NCBI RefSeq assembly: GCF_006345805.1
Contig: NW_021834494.1
Span: 1-48,209, forward strand
DNA: 48,209 bases
Direction of reading: 5' to 3'
Source: Octopus sinensis
Taxonomy: Eukaryota
Part shown: piece after piece, positions 12,763 through 25,293 of the stretch
How positions within the stretch are numbered: the first letter of the stretch is position 1
How the letters are laid out: every line of letters starts with the position of its first letter
Translations under genes and position numbers: made by a program
Notes under the pieces: generated by a model
The model's database searches: none
Told to the model about the DNA's origin: nothing
Seen by the model: the letters and a program-made list of their open reading frames with translations, nothing else

Positions 12763-13849
12763 TGTGCATTTATACATATATACATGTGTGTTTGTGTATA
12801 TATTTACACACATACATACATACATCTATATAAGCATATGTACTTATAACGAAGTAGACTAAAATCTATCAAGTACTGCCCCTGTGGACGTTTTGTTTCT
12901 TTTATCATAAAATTTAATCAAATAGTCCAGTATTATTTAGAAACCAATATCGTTTAATGATCGTGGAGATATAAAATCGTTTCTTAATATATATTTTTCG
13001 CTGCCAATCTAGCTATTGGAAGGTGTGACACGATTATATTTCGCTCCTTGAGACGTGCATAATTTACAATACACGCCTGCGGCGCAATAATTTGCGAAGT
13101 CACCATGCAGTGTTCAGATTGAATCTACAGTGATGGGATAAATGAGGTCACTGTTGTATGGGACGTTGATGAAGCGCTATTGGCAGGTTTTTTGTTTTTT
13201 AATCAATTAACTTCATCTACTATTTCCTCTATTTCGTTCACAGGGATATATGTGTTACCAAATCCATGTGTGTTGATGCGTACTGTAATTGAAAACCAAC
13301 AATGATTTGTAGCTGAGATATATAAGACGAATTGACAGTTATAAATGTCTCTCGCAGATTTATCAGAGCAATTGTACAGTGTGTTCGGACTAAATTTGAC
13401 AGTTTGCATAAAAGGAAAAGAAACACAATATCCCACCCAAAAATAAAAGTATTTTTTAAAAAATCTTTAAACACCATCTCGATCATGGAGTTCTAAACCA
13501 TTTTTATCTATGAACCCCTTTGATTACAATTTTATTCTGGTGGGCTTCCATAGCCAATTATTGTTTAAAAACTAGTTTTATAGAAACTTCTTTCAAAATT
13601 TATATTTTGTTTCACGCACATTAACTTATGTAGGTAGAACCATGGGAGTTATCAGAGAAAGAAAGCTAGATGTTTCTTGCAATAAACACATCTCAAGCGA
13701 ACTTTTTTCAGGGACCCTTAAAGTACTATTGTGAATCCCAAATTTACTATACTGTTGCGTGCACCCCCAAAATCTTATATGGACCCTGATATGTCATATA
13801 GATAGCAGTTGAGAACCACTGATTTAGATTATAGTTGGGAGATAACGGT

Positions 13850-14410
13850 TTACTCATAATAACCACACTCACTTCTACCACGGCCTCGAGACGGCTCTGG
13901 AACATGATGCAAGCGTTCCTTCGAATACTCCTTGGATCTTGGCCATCAGCTCGGCCTTGGTGTTTCATACAGTGCGCTTGATAACTCAATCATCCGCACC
14001 CCATGCATAGTAAGCGGTGGGATTAAAACTGAAAGAATTAGAAGGCCACACGGATCAATGATGTCGTAGAAATTCTCCGACAATCAGTTGAGACGTTTTC
14101 TGGAAGTATGGCAAGGAGCCAAATTCTCCTGCAATACGTGGTCTTTCAGTAGCAAACCTCTCCAACCAGGGTTTCAGCACAAACCCAGCAGCTTCACGTA
14201 GCCAAGCTTAAGTCCCTGCTCAAAGACGTGGCTGGCATAACGTCACTCCCACTGAAGACACATCCAAAAACCAGTTTGGTGGAACTTGGTTGCATGATGT
14301 CTATGCCATGTCGTACGGCCTTTACACCATTCGCAGAACATCAAGAGGAATATAAGGTGAATCGGAATAGAGTGCTCAGTCGGATTGCCTCCTTGGCACG
14401 GCCAGAATGA
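13850..14410 (-). pseudogene. Tc1/mariner-superfamily transposase remnant (catalytic half; maT/DD37D-like by inference)
   Basis: Frameshifted motifs FGCVFSG, KPWLERF, LAPCHTSRK, SENFYD, WPSNS, YYAWGA, NTKAELMAKIQ, RNACIMFQSRLEAVVE. Confidence 0.8.
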
Positions 14411-14435
14411 TAAGGAAAGTATTAAAATTTATTAA

Positions 14436-14800
14436 AAAATAACATAGCGTTTGGCCAAAAGTGATCGATAAAACAACTTAGCGGATCGCCAATGGATATC
14501 GATAAATTAACTTAGCGGTTCTCCATATTAGATCGATAAAATAACTTAGCATTTCGCCAAAGGAATCGATAAAATAACATTATCGGTTCTCCAAAGGAGA
14601 TCGATAAAATGACTGAGCGGTTCTCTCGGACACTTCCTCGCTTTCTCTTACTCCCTATTTTCTCTATCTCTCTCCCATTTATAAAAAATTAGATTGCCGC
14701 GCTTAAATTACAAATCCGCTTCCACTTTACCATGTTGAAAATTTGATTGAAATCGGGCAAAAGGTCTCCAATCTAGACCCCGAAGTGTCCCCAAACATCA
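14436..14800 (+). mobile_element. HINE-like element with ~34-bp internal minisatellite (about 5.5 units, 14436-14625)
   Basis: Units like AAAATAACTTAGCGGTTCTCCAAAGGAGATCGAT; next block matches 16605-16670; followed by AAAATTTGATTGAAATCGG, typical of HINE 3' ends. Confidence 0.6.
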
Positions 14801-14960
14801 ATAAAATCCCCGTTTTCACTCCAAAGCAGCCACTGCGAGCCCCAGAATGTCTCCCAATCAATTTCTCACCTCAAGTTCACCCCTGCTGTAAATTTTACAT
14901 AAAAACCCAATTTGTATCAACGTTCGCCTTCTTCATTTTATAGATTAGATTGTTTTACTT

Positions 14961-15659
14961 AACGTGACACTCCCGTAGAGGGAATTACACCACCCCTATA
15001 TAGCCCTAGGAAGCATCGACGCTTCCTGTCGGCTATGACACATTTCCTGTGTCCTTATATTTGCAAAGGAGAGGCAAGCACCCCCATCAGCTAGGACTAG
15101 CAATGTGAAGACATGCATGTTTCTGGGTCTTGCCCGTCATCAGTCCAGGGTAGAGAGTCCCCGCTAGCGGTGATACTTGCCAAGCCTTCGCAAATATATC
15201 TATTTACAGTGAAATATATTCATTGGTTACCGTAATTAGAAATATTGAATTTCTAAATGTCTCAAAGAGACATGAGCTGTGGTGAAACGATAGAATGGTT
15301 GTATAAAGTCAACATAACGTTACAGTCCTGTAGAGGGAATTACACCACCGCTGTTTAGCCCTAGGAAGCATCGACGCTTCCTGTCGGCTTTGACACATTT
15401 ACTATGTCCTTGGACTGATGACGGGCATGTCTTCAGGTTGCTAGTCCTAGCTGGTGGGGGTCCTTGCCTCCCCTTTGCAAATATAAGGACACAGGACATA
15501 TGTCAAAGCCGACAGGAAGCGTCGATGCCTCCTAGGGCTATATAGCGGTGGTGTAATTCCCTCTACGGGACTGTCACGTTATGTTGACTTTACACAACCA
15601 CTCTATCGCTCCACCACCGCTCATGTTTCTTTGAGACATTTAGAAATTCAATATTTCTA
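14961..15659. mobile_element. 699-bp HHR-bearing retro-insertion (tandem 355-nt unit plus inverted copy) with 12-bp TSD
   Basis: ATTGTTTTACTT at 14949-14960 and 15660-15671; unit starts at 14961 and 15316; 15411-15662 is an inverted copy. Confidence 0.85.
15106..15147 (-). ncRNA. Type I hammerhead ribozyme with GUC cleavage triplet
   Basis: UGGA-CUGAUGA-C GGG(CAAGA)CCC A-GAAA-CAUGCAUG-UC-UUCA: all core nucleotides present, 4-bp stem I, 3-bp stem II, palindromic ACAUGCAUGU stem III. Confidence 0.8.
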
Positions 15660-15853
15660 ATTGTTTTACTTGTTTCGGTATTATGACCCGATTTCATTCA
15701 AGTCTACGCAGGCCACATTTTAAATGATGAGAAATTTTGCCCTAGAGGCGATGTCTTTCAACTGAGCAAACTCAAAGTTGCCATGAAAACTCGCTAGCAC
15801 TTTTAACATAGGTGTGCATATTTTCACCTAAATCCGACCACATATGCAAACAT

Positions 15854-15906
<53 letters not shown>

Positions 15907-15948
15907 GCATTAAATATGTACATATATACGCATTATATATGCATGTCT

Positions 15949-15984
<36 letters not shown>

Positions 15985-16199
15985 CTACACACATATATAT
16001 AAATATATACACTTTATATATACACATATATATATGTATAGACATTATATATATATATTTATATATACACACATATATACAAATTAACACAATATATCTG
16101 ATTAATAATATCTGTTATGATTGTGCGCTGGTGGTAGGCGAAAATAATTCACCGTTCTAAAAGATCTGTGGCAGGAATATTTAAACTGTTGCGGCTGTC

Positions 16200-17275
16200 A
16201 AAACTTTCTCTCTATAGATACAAACAGACGTACAGTGAGAGAAGTGGTGGAAGAAAGAGTGACAGAGAGACGGCGAAGCTGTCGAACGTCGTTATAGAGA
16301 GAAATTGGAGGTAAGGGAGGAAAGAGAGAGAGACGGGGGAAGACAAGCAGATATGAAAAAGAGAGAAACGACAAACACTTGTCAAATTGTGAGATTTTTT
16401 GCCTTAGTAACCACAGCTTTTGGGACAGGGATTTCTAACCTAGCCCACTCACATCCTTGCCTCTTTTTACATGTCCCTACGCACGGGTGAGGTTGTGGTT
16501 GTTACTTTCTGTTGCTTCCTTTCTGTTTCTTATCGCCACATTCTCCCTCTTTGTTTCTCTCTCTCCTTTCTCCCTCACTTTCACACTCTCTTACTCTTCA
16601 TTTCTCTCGGACTTTCCCTCGCTTTCTCTTACTTTCTATATTTCTCTATCTATCTCTCTCCCATTTATAAACAACAAAAGATCTTGATTAAGTTGAGAAA
16701 GAAAATATTTTTTACGTTTTTTAAACCCTTCGTCGTTATTCTCATTCACTCATTATCACTTTCTCCCTTCCTTTCACTTTCTCTCTATAACGTCGTTTGA
16801 TAGCGTCTACTATCTTTCCTCCGCCACCTTCGCCAGCGCTGTCACTCTCTCTCTCTCTCTCTCTCTACGTCTGTCCGCATTCATAGAGAGAATTATCATC
16901 GCCACCACTACCACCACACAATCATGAGGATCTTTCTCTATATATATATAGAGAGAGAGGGGAGGAGGGAAAGTAATAATGAGTGAATGAGAATAACGAC
17001 GAAGGGTTTAAAAAACGTAAAGATATTGAAGGCGGTGGAGGAAAGATAGATGTTATCAAACGACGTTATAGAGAGAAAGTGAAAGGAAGAGAGAGAGAGA
17101 TGGAGGAAGACAGGCAGATTAATAGAATGAGAGTAGACTTGTCAAAATGTGCATTTTTTGTCCTAGTAACCACACCTTTTAAGATAGGGATTTCTAACCT
17201 AGCCCACTCGCATCCTCACCTCATTTTACATGTCCCTGTAAATTTTGGAGTCAATCCGACGGGATCTAGTGGCCT
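16200..17275. mobile_element. Composite of three HINE-like segments in direct and inverted orientation
   Basis: 16260-16470 resembles 17060-17240 (direct); 16720-16830 is the inverse of 16975-17090; end TAAATTTTGGAGTCAATCCGACGGGATCTAGT. Confidence 0.6.
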
Positions 17276-17426
17276 TTAACCCGTTCAAATGCCAAAACCA
17301 GACAAACTTTGCGCATTTCAGAATTATAATATAGAGATTAGCCATTGGAGGTTTTTGTCAACTTGTTCTTTGTTTATCTCAGTCAGAGCAAGAGCATCTA
17401 TATTGCCTTTGTCAGCTGTGGGATAC

Positions 17427-17507
17427 CTGTTCCATCAATTTGATTCATCAACTTGCTTATAACAGAATCTAATCCACCGGCACCCCATGGATAGTACGCG
17501 GAGCTAG
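17427..17507 (-). CDS. Candidate internal coding exon (81 nt, phase 1-1): xSSAYYPWGAGGLDSVISKLMNQIDGTx
   Basis: Acceptor aaacatacttcctctttaag, donor ACAG|gtatcc, open frame, non-repetitive sequence. Product not recognised. Confidence 0.35.
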
Positions 17508-17846
17508 CTTAAAGAGGAAGTATGTTTAACATTCCAGCGTTCGGCATTTCTATTTTCAAAGGACTAAATTGCAATAATAGCCTTTCTATATCATAAAACT
17601 GAGGTCTATCTCTTTGGTTATGCTGACGCCTACCATTACTTCGTCGTTCACTACCATCATCATCTCTGTCTTTCTGAGTTTCTCTTGGGCGAAGAGCATA
17701 ATTTGTAACTTTTCCCAGAAATTTAAAACATAGCTTACAGAATCTTGATCTTGTTGTGAAGGCGTAGTTCTTGGTGTGTTGGAAAAATCTTCTGCTAGAA
17801 GATGCTAATGTCTAAAAACTACCTAACATATCACCATAAATATGCC

Positions 17847-17901
<55 letters not shown>

Positions 17902-18148
17902 TATATTAATCAATATCAGAGTAGCAAAAAATTCAACAGCGGTCCAGTGAGAAAGAAAAAATAGTCAACAGACTATATAATATACATTCAACAATATTAA
18001 GGAATGGCCTTCATAGGCCATTCGACCCACTAGAAAGAGCAGCTAAACTCAAACACTAAATAGTTGTAATTCAGAAACCAAAGGAAAATAAAAACATTTA
18101 CCCTTATCATCTTTGGACTATGCATAGTTTCGACATACATAATGTTGT

Positions 18149-18184
<36 letters not shown>

Positions 18185-19075
18185 TGTATGCTGTATAAGA
18201 ATACGAGCGAATCGAGATGCGGGTCTGCGGGGTTTTTATAACACACTTGTGTCTCCAAACAAACTTCAAGCTGAAAATTCTTTGGAGACACAAGGCATGT
18301 TGAAAGACACCAGCCTAGACCCGAGATTCCAGTACAAGAAACTACATATGTGTGTTGTACGTGTGTACGTGTTTGTATGTGTGTGCATGGTGTATGTATA
18401 TTATGAACATGATAGGTGTTCTTGCATTGGCCCAAAGCAACCTTCGTATTATTTTAATGATTTTAGAATTTCTAATCTTTCCTACGAGATTTTGCATATT
18501 GCTTACGTTGTAGGTATTGAATAACTTCAGAACATGAACTGATTCTTTGTTTGAGATGCTGAATCTCGAAGTAGACAAAGCTATGGATAAGAGCGTGTGA
18601 ATACTGAGCTGAAAAATCGTTTGGATAGAAAAAGTCAAAGACTACTTATGGAATTCTAAACTCCCGTCTAGCGTAAGCATGACAGACGTTCTAGCATTGG
18701 ACCAAAGCAAAAGTTACGGTTTCAAGTCCCATGAGAAACCTTCGATTTTTCTGTCTAACGGGGATTTTAACACAATATTTATGTCTTGTCATTTATAGTT
18801 TTATCTGCTTCAATATTCATCGTTCTAAAAAAAGATTTCTTTCGAATTCTTGAATTTTCTAATTTCTTATGACGTCAACAACATATATAAGTAATGTATG
18901 TGTGTGCGCTCGTGTGTGCATGCATGTATGTATATTCGTGTGACTTACTTGTATGTCTCCCTTCATGAAACATCTTGCTTTTATCCAATTTCACTCTAAT
19001 ATACTTTTATGCATCATCATTTTACACCGACATTTCCTCATCGCTATTTTGTTTTCATTCTCCATCTATTATTGT

Positions 19076-19076
19076 G

Positions 19077-19146
<70 letters not shown>
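19076..19146. repeat. (TAG)n array
   Basis: Read directly; source of the poly-S/poly-V ORFs. Confidence 0.95.
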
Positions 19147-19147
<1 letters not shown>

Positions 19148-20039
19148 TAGTAGTAGTTTTGTTGTTGGTGGTGTTTATTTTTCATTTTAGTCATATCGTA
19201 ATTATTATTATTACTGATTTTTACCATACATCCTATTAAATATATATTGGTTTCTTCGCGAAACTGTAAATAGTGAGTTTCCATCATAAACTAGACATTC
19301 TACATTAAGATTGTTTAGCAAGTACATTTTCCTGCTTTTTATATTCCAATGTGAATTGTCAATGGATTCTAAATTATGGGTTTGCGACAGTTTCCCTGAC
19401 ATATAGACATTTCTCGAGCAGATGGTAAATATATACATACATGCGTACAATCATATACACACATATATACATAAAAGAACATACATAGGCACATACATAT
19501 ATTTATAATAAAAACATATACAGGCACGCATATATACATATATACATATCAACATACATATATACATACATATGTACATGTATTGCATTCACACATTCAT
19601 ATATGTGTACATTAATCGACGTGTACAGCTTGTTGTGAGGGGTTTAATCACTGCATTTTTATGACTACCATTTTCAATATTAACTTTTCAACCCTCTTAA
19701 ATAACTGGTTGTACTTTTGATCGCATTCGTTTAGGAAAACATTTTTTTTTCAAAATACGCCCAATATCACAATCACAAACAGCGATAGCACAGTCGAAGA
19801 ACCAATAAAAAGAACAACATCGAAAAGGCTTTACGGGTACCTTGCTTACCTTGTTTGATTAATGAAACCGATGAACCGGGCCTATTCAATATTTCAAGCA
19901 TCACCGCTTATCCCTGGTCTTTTATCACTTATCTTTCACTTGTCTCAATCATCAGACTGCAATCATAAGACTCGAATTGCTTAGTCGATGAAATCGCCCC
20001 CGACCCAGTACTTAATTGGTTTCAAATTTTAGCACATGG

Positions 20040-20280
20040 CCAACAATTTTGGGGAGAGGTAAATCGACTTCATCGACTCCAGTACTCCACCGCTCCCTAA
20101 TTATATCGACCTCGGAAAGGATGGAAGGTAAAGTCGACCTCGGAAAGGATGGAAGGTAAAGTCGACCTCGGAAAGGATGGAAGATAAAGTCGACCTCGGA
20201 AAGGATGGAAGGTAAAGTCAACCTCGGCGGAATTTGAACTTAGAATATAAATACGGACGAAATGTATTTAAGCATTTAAT
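20040..20280 (-). mobile_element. SINE family A copy with internal 28-bp tandem amplification
   Basis: TCGACCTCGGAAAGGATGGAAGGTAAAG x4 (20106-20217) plus a partial unit. Confidence 0.85.
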
Positions 20281-20384
20281 TTCGGAGGTGGGGTAAGTCG
20301 ATTTCATCCTGCTCAGTACTCAGCTGACATTTACTTTATCGACCGCGATTGGTAAAAAAGGACAGGTTGGTAAAAAAAAAAAAC

Positions 20385-20820
20385 GCTAATCTCGCTGTCT
20401 TCAATTCGGTTTTTAATGTCTATCCTCACCTACGGTCACGAATGTTGGATAATGACCGAAAGAGAAATATTTCTCCGAGGGTCTGCGGGAAGGAACGTTA
20501 CTCGGCAAGGAAAGTAGTTCGAAAATCAGAGAGTCTCTCCCGGTCAAGTCACTGCTTCTCCTTATTGAGAGGTCACAGCTCCGGTACTACGGGCATGCGT
20601 TTAGAATGTTGCAGTAAAGAATCGCAAGCCAAATTTTTCTAGCCGAGCCAACGGGAGGAGACAAAAATTGAAATGGTCCATAGTCTCGTTTAGTCAGAAT
20701 TTGGGATGCAGCCGGAAAGTGTAATGAGGGTTGATTCTGAAAAGAACCCATGGAAAAGATGCTTGAAGGTTCTAACCCCTACTACTTACCTAGAGATAGA
20801 GAGTGGAGAAGATGGATGGA
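20385..20820 (+). mobile_element. RTE LINE 3' terminal fragment
   Basis: Motifs LAVFNSV, SILTYGHECWIMTER, LLLLIERSQLRYYGHAFRM; ends in GATGGATGGA followed by a (GAA)n tail. Confidence 0.8.
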
Positions 20821-20958
20821 GAAGAAGAAGAAGAAGAAGAAGAAGAAGAAGAAGAAGAAGAAGAAGAAGAAGAAGAAGAAGAAGAAGAAGAAGAAGAAGA
20901 AGAAGAAGAAGAAGAAGAAGAAGAAGAAGAAGAAGAAGAAGAAGAAGAAGAAGAAGAA
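20821..20958. repeat. Perfect (GAA)46
   Basis: 138 uninterrupted bases. Confidence 0.95.
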
Positions 20959-21431
20959 TTGTTTTTAATATAGGTAAAAGGGGTTCTGAAATTTAGAGCC
21001 AGTGTGTCAGTGGATTAATCCCACCCCAGTAGTTGACTGTAACTTCATTTTATAATCTGCCTCAGATATGTTTTGTTTTTAAACGAAGCACGTCTGTGAT
21101 ATATATATATAACATATTCTTTTATTCTTTTATTCTTTTACTTGTTTCAGTCATCTGACAGCGGTCGTATCTTTTAGATTCGTTTATGGTAAAGTTAGGG
21201 GTATGCAAATAAAGATCCTATTTCATTATGCCGGCTAGCGTCTTTTGATACTGACTAGTGAGTCAGTTTTTCGGGGTTACATCATGGTTATGCCGATGTA
21301 ATGGGGGATAAATATAATATTAACAATAAACCTAGCATGGAATTTATAAATGACTGTTAAAGTCATGTGATTTATGGAAACGCGCATAGCGATGTATTAA
21401 ATATTTATAAATTTCATCCTAGAATTATTGT

Positions 21432-21509
<78 letters not shown>

Positions 21510-21731
21510 CATTTGCAAATCTATAATTTATTGGATTGTTGTGCTGATGATGGGAACTGACCGAGGACTGTTTGATTTCGTTATTTTCCTTCTTTTGCCT
21601 ATGTGAGTTACAAGTAATGTTATATGTGGAGCTAGATCTGTAGTAAATAGGAATAAATGGTCTTTGGCTGCTATTTCTAAATTTTCGGTATGTGGTTAAG
21701 CAACCGGTTACTTAACCCTAATTATATATAT

Positions 21732-21815
<84 letters not shown>

Positions 21816-22321
21816 ATATATATATATATATACTTTAAGTGTGATATGCAAATGGCTATTTTAATCTAGTACTGCTTCTATTACATATGGCATGAATAAA
21901 CGCGCTCGCGCGCAGGATTTATATTACCATAAGACGTAAACAACGATGTGAAAGCCGAACAACTAGTGCTTTCACATAAAAATATTTTGACTTTCACTTG
22001 TTCCACCATGTTGGCCAGGCAATCGCTTGTCACTCTCATCGTCAGAAATGCAATGAACCGGTGATAGATTCGTTGTAAACTTGTAGCCCCGTCAACGCTA
22101 TTGTTTACCAAATGCTCTATAAAATTAATAAGTCAACGTAAAGCAGAAACGGGGGAAAATCCAAGAAGACTCATCAGGTAACGAACGTATTTGTACTTGA
22201 TTAACTCTTCTACACTTGATAGTTCATGCTTAGACTGATAAAATATTAATTCCACTGAGAAGCTGTAGATCTCAATATACATTTACTCTGATACTTTTAT
22301 AGATTTTTCTTAGTGCTATTA

Positions 22322-22368
<47 letters not shown>

Positions 22369-23337
22369 GTTATTGACTTTCAGCTTTGGTGTTCGTTACA
22401 ACGTGTATATCGATGATTTCCAATTCACTTCATTTGCAAAGATATCTAATGTTTTGAAGGTGGAGTACATTATGTCAAATAATTAATGAATAGCCGGGAT
22501 ATAGGGTACAAAATATACTGCAGTGTGTAAACCTTTGTTCCAATAAAACTGTAATTGTTTCGTTTTGTTTTGTTTATTGGATTTTATTTTCCTGCCATTC
22601 AAAGCGATTGCACAGTTTTAATCATCTGCATTAATCGCGGAGAATATCGCAGTTCAAACGGTATGCTTCTCAGTTGAAGCTAGTTCAATCCACTTGCACC
22701 AATAATACACTAGAGAGAACAGTAAAGCCGTCAAACGTAGTGTATAGCTTTCCAACGGCGCCGTCTTTGTCTTTCTTTACAAACATATCGCTCTGTCTCT
22801 GAGTACGAAATATATAAATTTATTTTATACATTGATACAAGGTCAAACTTTATATAAGAGGGGCATAATAGATTGAATCATCTATTATTACGTGATAGGT
22901 AGATATTTTATCGACATAGGAGCAAACGATAGGGGGTATTTGAACTCAGAAACATAAAAATATTACTAAATATCCCTAAGACGGTATAATGTGTTCTGTT
23001 GAGCGAATATTTGAAGTGCTCGGCTTATCATGTAAAGTTAAGAGACACGGTTTCAATCTGGAGTAGCAACAACTAAGGCAAATACACTAATACTCTTAAA
23101 ACTCTTAACAAAAGGGGAAAAAACATAAGGATAACAATTCTCGTTGGCATCTACCTGTGAAATATAATATATATGCATCATAAAATAAAATAATAAACCA
23201 ATTCAGAACAAATTAAACCCCATTCTGTAGTATTCGTCGAAGTTAGTCGTATATACGTGTAAGTGTATGAAATGCATAGATTATATAAAAGTGTGTATGC
23301 GTATGAGTATAGGTACATATACGTGTTATTCATTGGC

Positions 23338-23381
<44 letters not shown>

Positions 23382-23412
23382 TATATAGATAGATAGATAG
23401 ATATAAATACAT

Positions 23413-23465
<53 letters not shown>

Positions 23466-23509
23466 GTATGTATGTATGTACGTATGTGTATATATATATA
23501 TACATACAT

Positions 23510-23660
23510 AGGGACAACTGATGAAGGGGAATATTCTTTATGTTGCGTGTCTCGTTTCTCTGGTTTTTTTTCGTTGTTCGAAAAAAGGTTCGTTTTCTAT
23601 GTTTTCGTTTTTATGTTTTCTTCTCTCATTGTGTTTAACGTTTTTTTTTATGTCGTGTAC
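23510..23660 (+). mobile_element. Microsatellite-flanked mini-element family E (sisters at 25296-25440 and 26097-26255, minus strand)
   Basis: Shared GGGA(C/T)A(A/G)CTGATGAAGGGGAATATTC head and ...GTGT(CC/CG)TGTAC end; all copies abut (TA)n or (TG)n. Confidence 0.65.
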
Positions 23661-23740
23661 CTATATATGCAGGTATATATACAAATATATGTAGCTATGT
23701 ACATACATGTATGTATATATGCATATATTCAAATGTTATT

Positions 23741-23796
<56 letters not shown>

Positions 23797-23798
23797 AT

Positions 23799-24218
23799 GC
23801 AGGCGTGGCTGTGTGGTAAGAAGTTTCCTTTCCAACTACATTGGATCCGCGTTCAGTCTGACTGTGTGGTATTTCGGGTAAGTGTTGTCTGCTATAACCT
23901 CGGGCCGACCAAAGCCTTGTAAGTGGATTTGGTAGACGGAAACTGACAGGAGACCGTCGTATATATGTATATGTATATATTTATGCGTATGAGTTTTTGT
24001 GTCTGTGTTCATTCTCCTCCCCATCATCGCTTGACAATCTGCCAATCTGTGTTGGTGTGCTTACGTCTCCGTAACTTAGCGGTTCGGTGACCGATACAAT
24101 AAGTACAAGGCGTACAAAGAATGAGTCCTGGTTTCGATTATTTCAACGAAGAAACCCTTTCAGGCGGTGCTCCAACATGGCCGTAGACAAATGACAGAGA
24201 CAACCAAGTAAAAGAATA
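23799..24218 (+). mobile_element. CORE-type SINE family D
   Basis: GCAGGCGTGGCTGTGTGGTAAG head; CCGACCAAAGCCTTGTAAGTGGATTTGGTAGACGG body; GGCGGTGCTCCAACATGGCC tail. Confidence 0.85.
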
Positions 24219-24233
24219 TGGGCATAGATACAC

Positions 24234-24264
<31 letters not shown>

Positions 24265-24400
24265 GATATATATATATATATATATATATATACGCATAGT
24301 ACACAATCATATATACATATGCACAAACATATATGCACATATTGGTTCGTGAGTAATGTTTGTGTGTACATATTTATACATACATACATATATGTATATA

Positions 24401-24830
24401 GGAGCAGGAGTGGCGGTGTGGTAAGTAGTTTCCGTATCAATCTCATTGCTGCGGGTTCAGTCTCACTGCGTGGCACCCTGGGCAAGTGTCTTCTACAGTA
24501 GCCTCGGGCCAACCAAAGTCTTGTGAGTGGAAATGGTAGACGGAAAACTGAAAGAAGCCTGTCGTATATATATATATGTATATATATATTATGTGTGTGG
24601 GTTTGTAGGTTGTGTGTTTATGTTTGTGTGTCTGTGTTTGTCCCCCTACCTTCGCTTGACAACCGATGTTGATGTGCTTACGTCCCCGTAACTTAGAAAT
24701 TCGGCGAAAGAGCCCGATGGAATAAGTACTAAGCTTACAAAGAATAAGTTCTGGGGTCAATTTGTTCGACTAAAGGCAGTGCTCCATTATGTCCGCAGTC
24801 AAATGCCTGAAACAAACAAATAAATGAATA
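24401..24830 (+). mobile_element. CORE-type SINE family D
   Basis: GGAGCAGGAGTGGCGGTGTGGTAAG head; GGCACCCTGGGCAAGTGTCTTCTAC CORE-like block. Confidence 0.9.
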
Positions 24831-24867
24831 TATACACACACACACACACAAATATATATATATATAT

Positions 24868-25045
24868 AAACTTACTTGGAGAAAAGAAAGGAAAGAAACG
24901 AAACGACGCGATGGCTCTCAGTCATACAATAATTAATAAATAAAATATATGCATACATACATATATGTACGTACCTACATCTACATGTACATATACATGC
25001 ATATATATATATATATATATATATATGTTTGTTTGTGGTGTCCTG

Positions 25046-25078
<33 letters not shown>

Positions 25079-25099
25079 TGTGGTGTCCTGTATATATAT

Positions 25100-25137
<38 letters not shown>

Positions 25138-25191
25138 GATATATATATACGTTATTTGTGGTATCCTGTACTCACATATATATATATATAT

Positions 25192-25248
<57 letters not shown>

Positions 25249-25259
25249 TATATATATAT

Positions 25260-25293
<34 letters not shown>

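Noticed and set aside
13130-13440. Plus-strand mini-exon chain giving an NTPDase-like CVDAYYLSEQLYSVFGL
   Set aside because: It needs very short introns and weak donors, conflicts with the minus-strand candidate, and the similarity is too short to trust.
14436-14625. CRISPR-like periodic repeat
   Set aside because: Units are contiguous and degenerate with no unique spacers; eukaryotic minisatellite.
17427-17480. AAA-ATPase (NSF/VCP-like) identity for DSVISKLMNQIDG
   Set aside because: No Walker B motif or other AAA exons nearby, so no product or gene symbol is assigned.
19925-19960. Minus-strand CTGATGA-TTGAGACAAGT-GAAA
   Set aside because: No stem III or UH site; it is a decayed SINE D tail.
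22000-22185. Minus-strand CTGACGA...GAAAGTC and CTGATGA
   Set aside because: No stem II or stem III pairing; chance matches.
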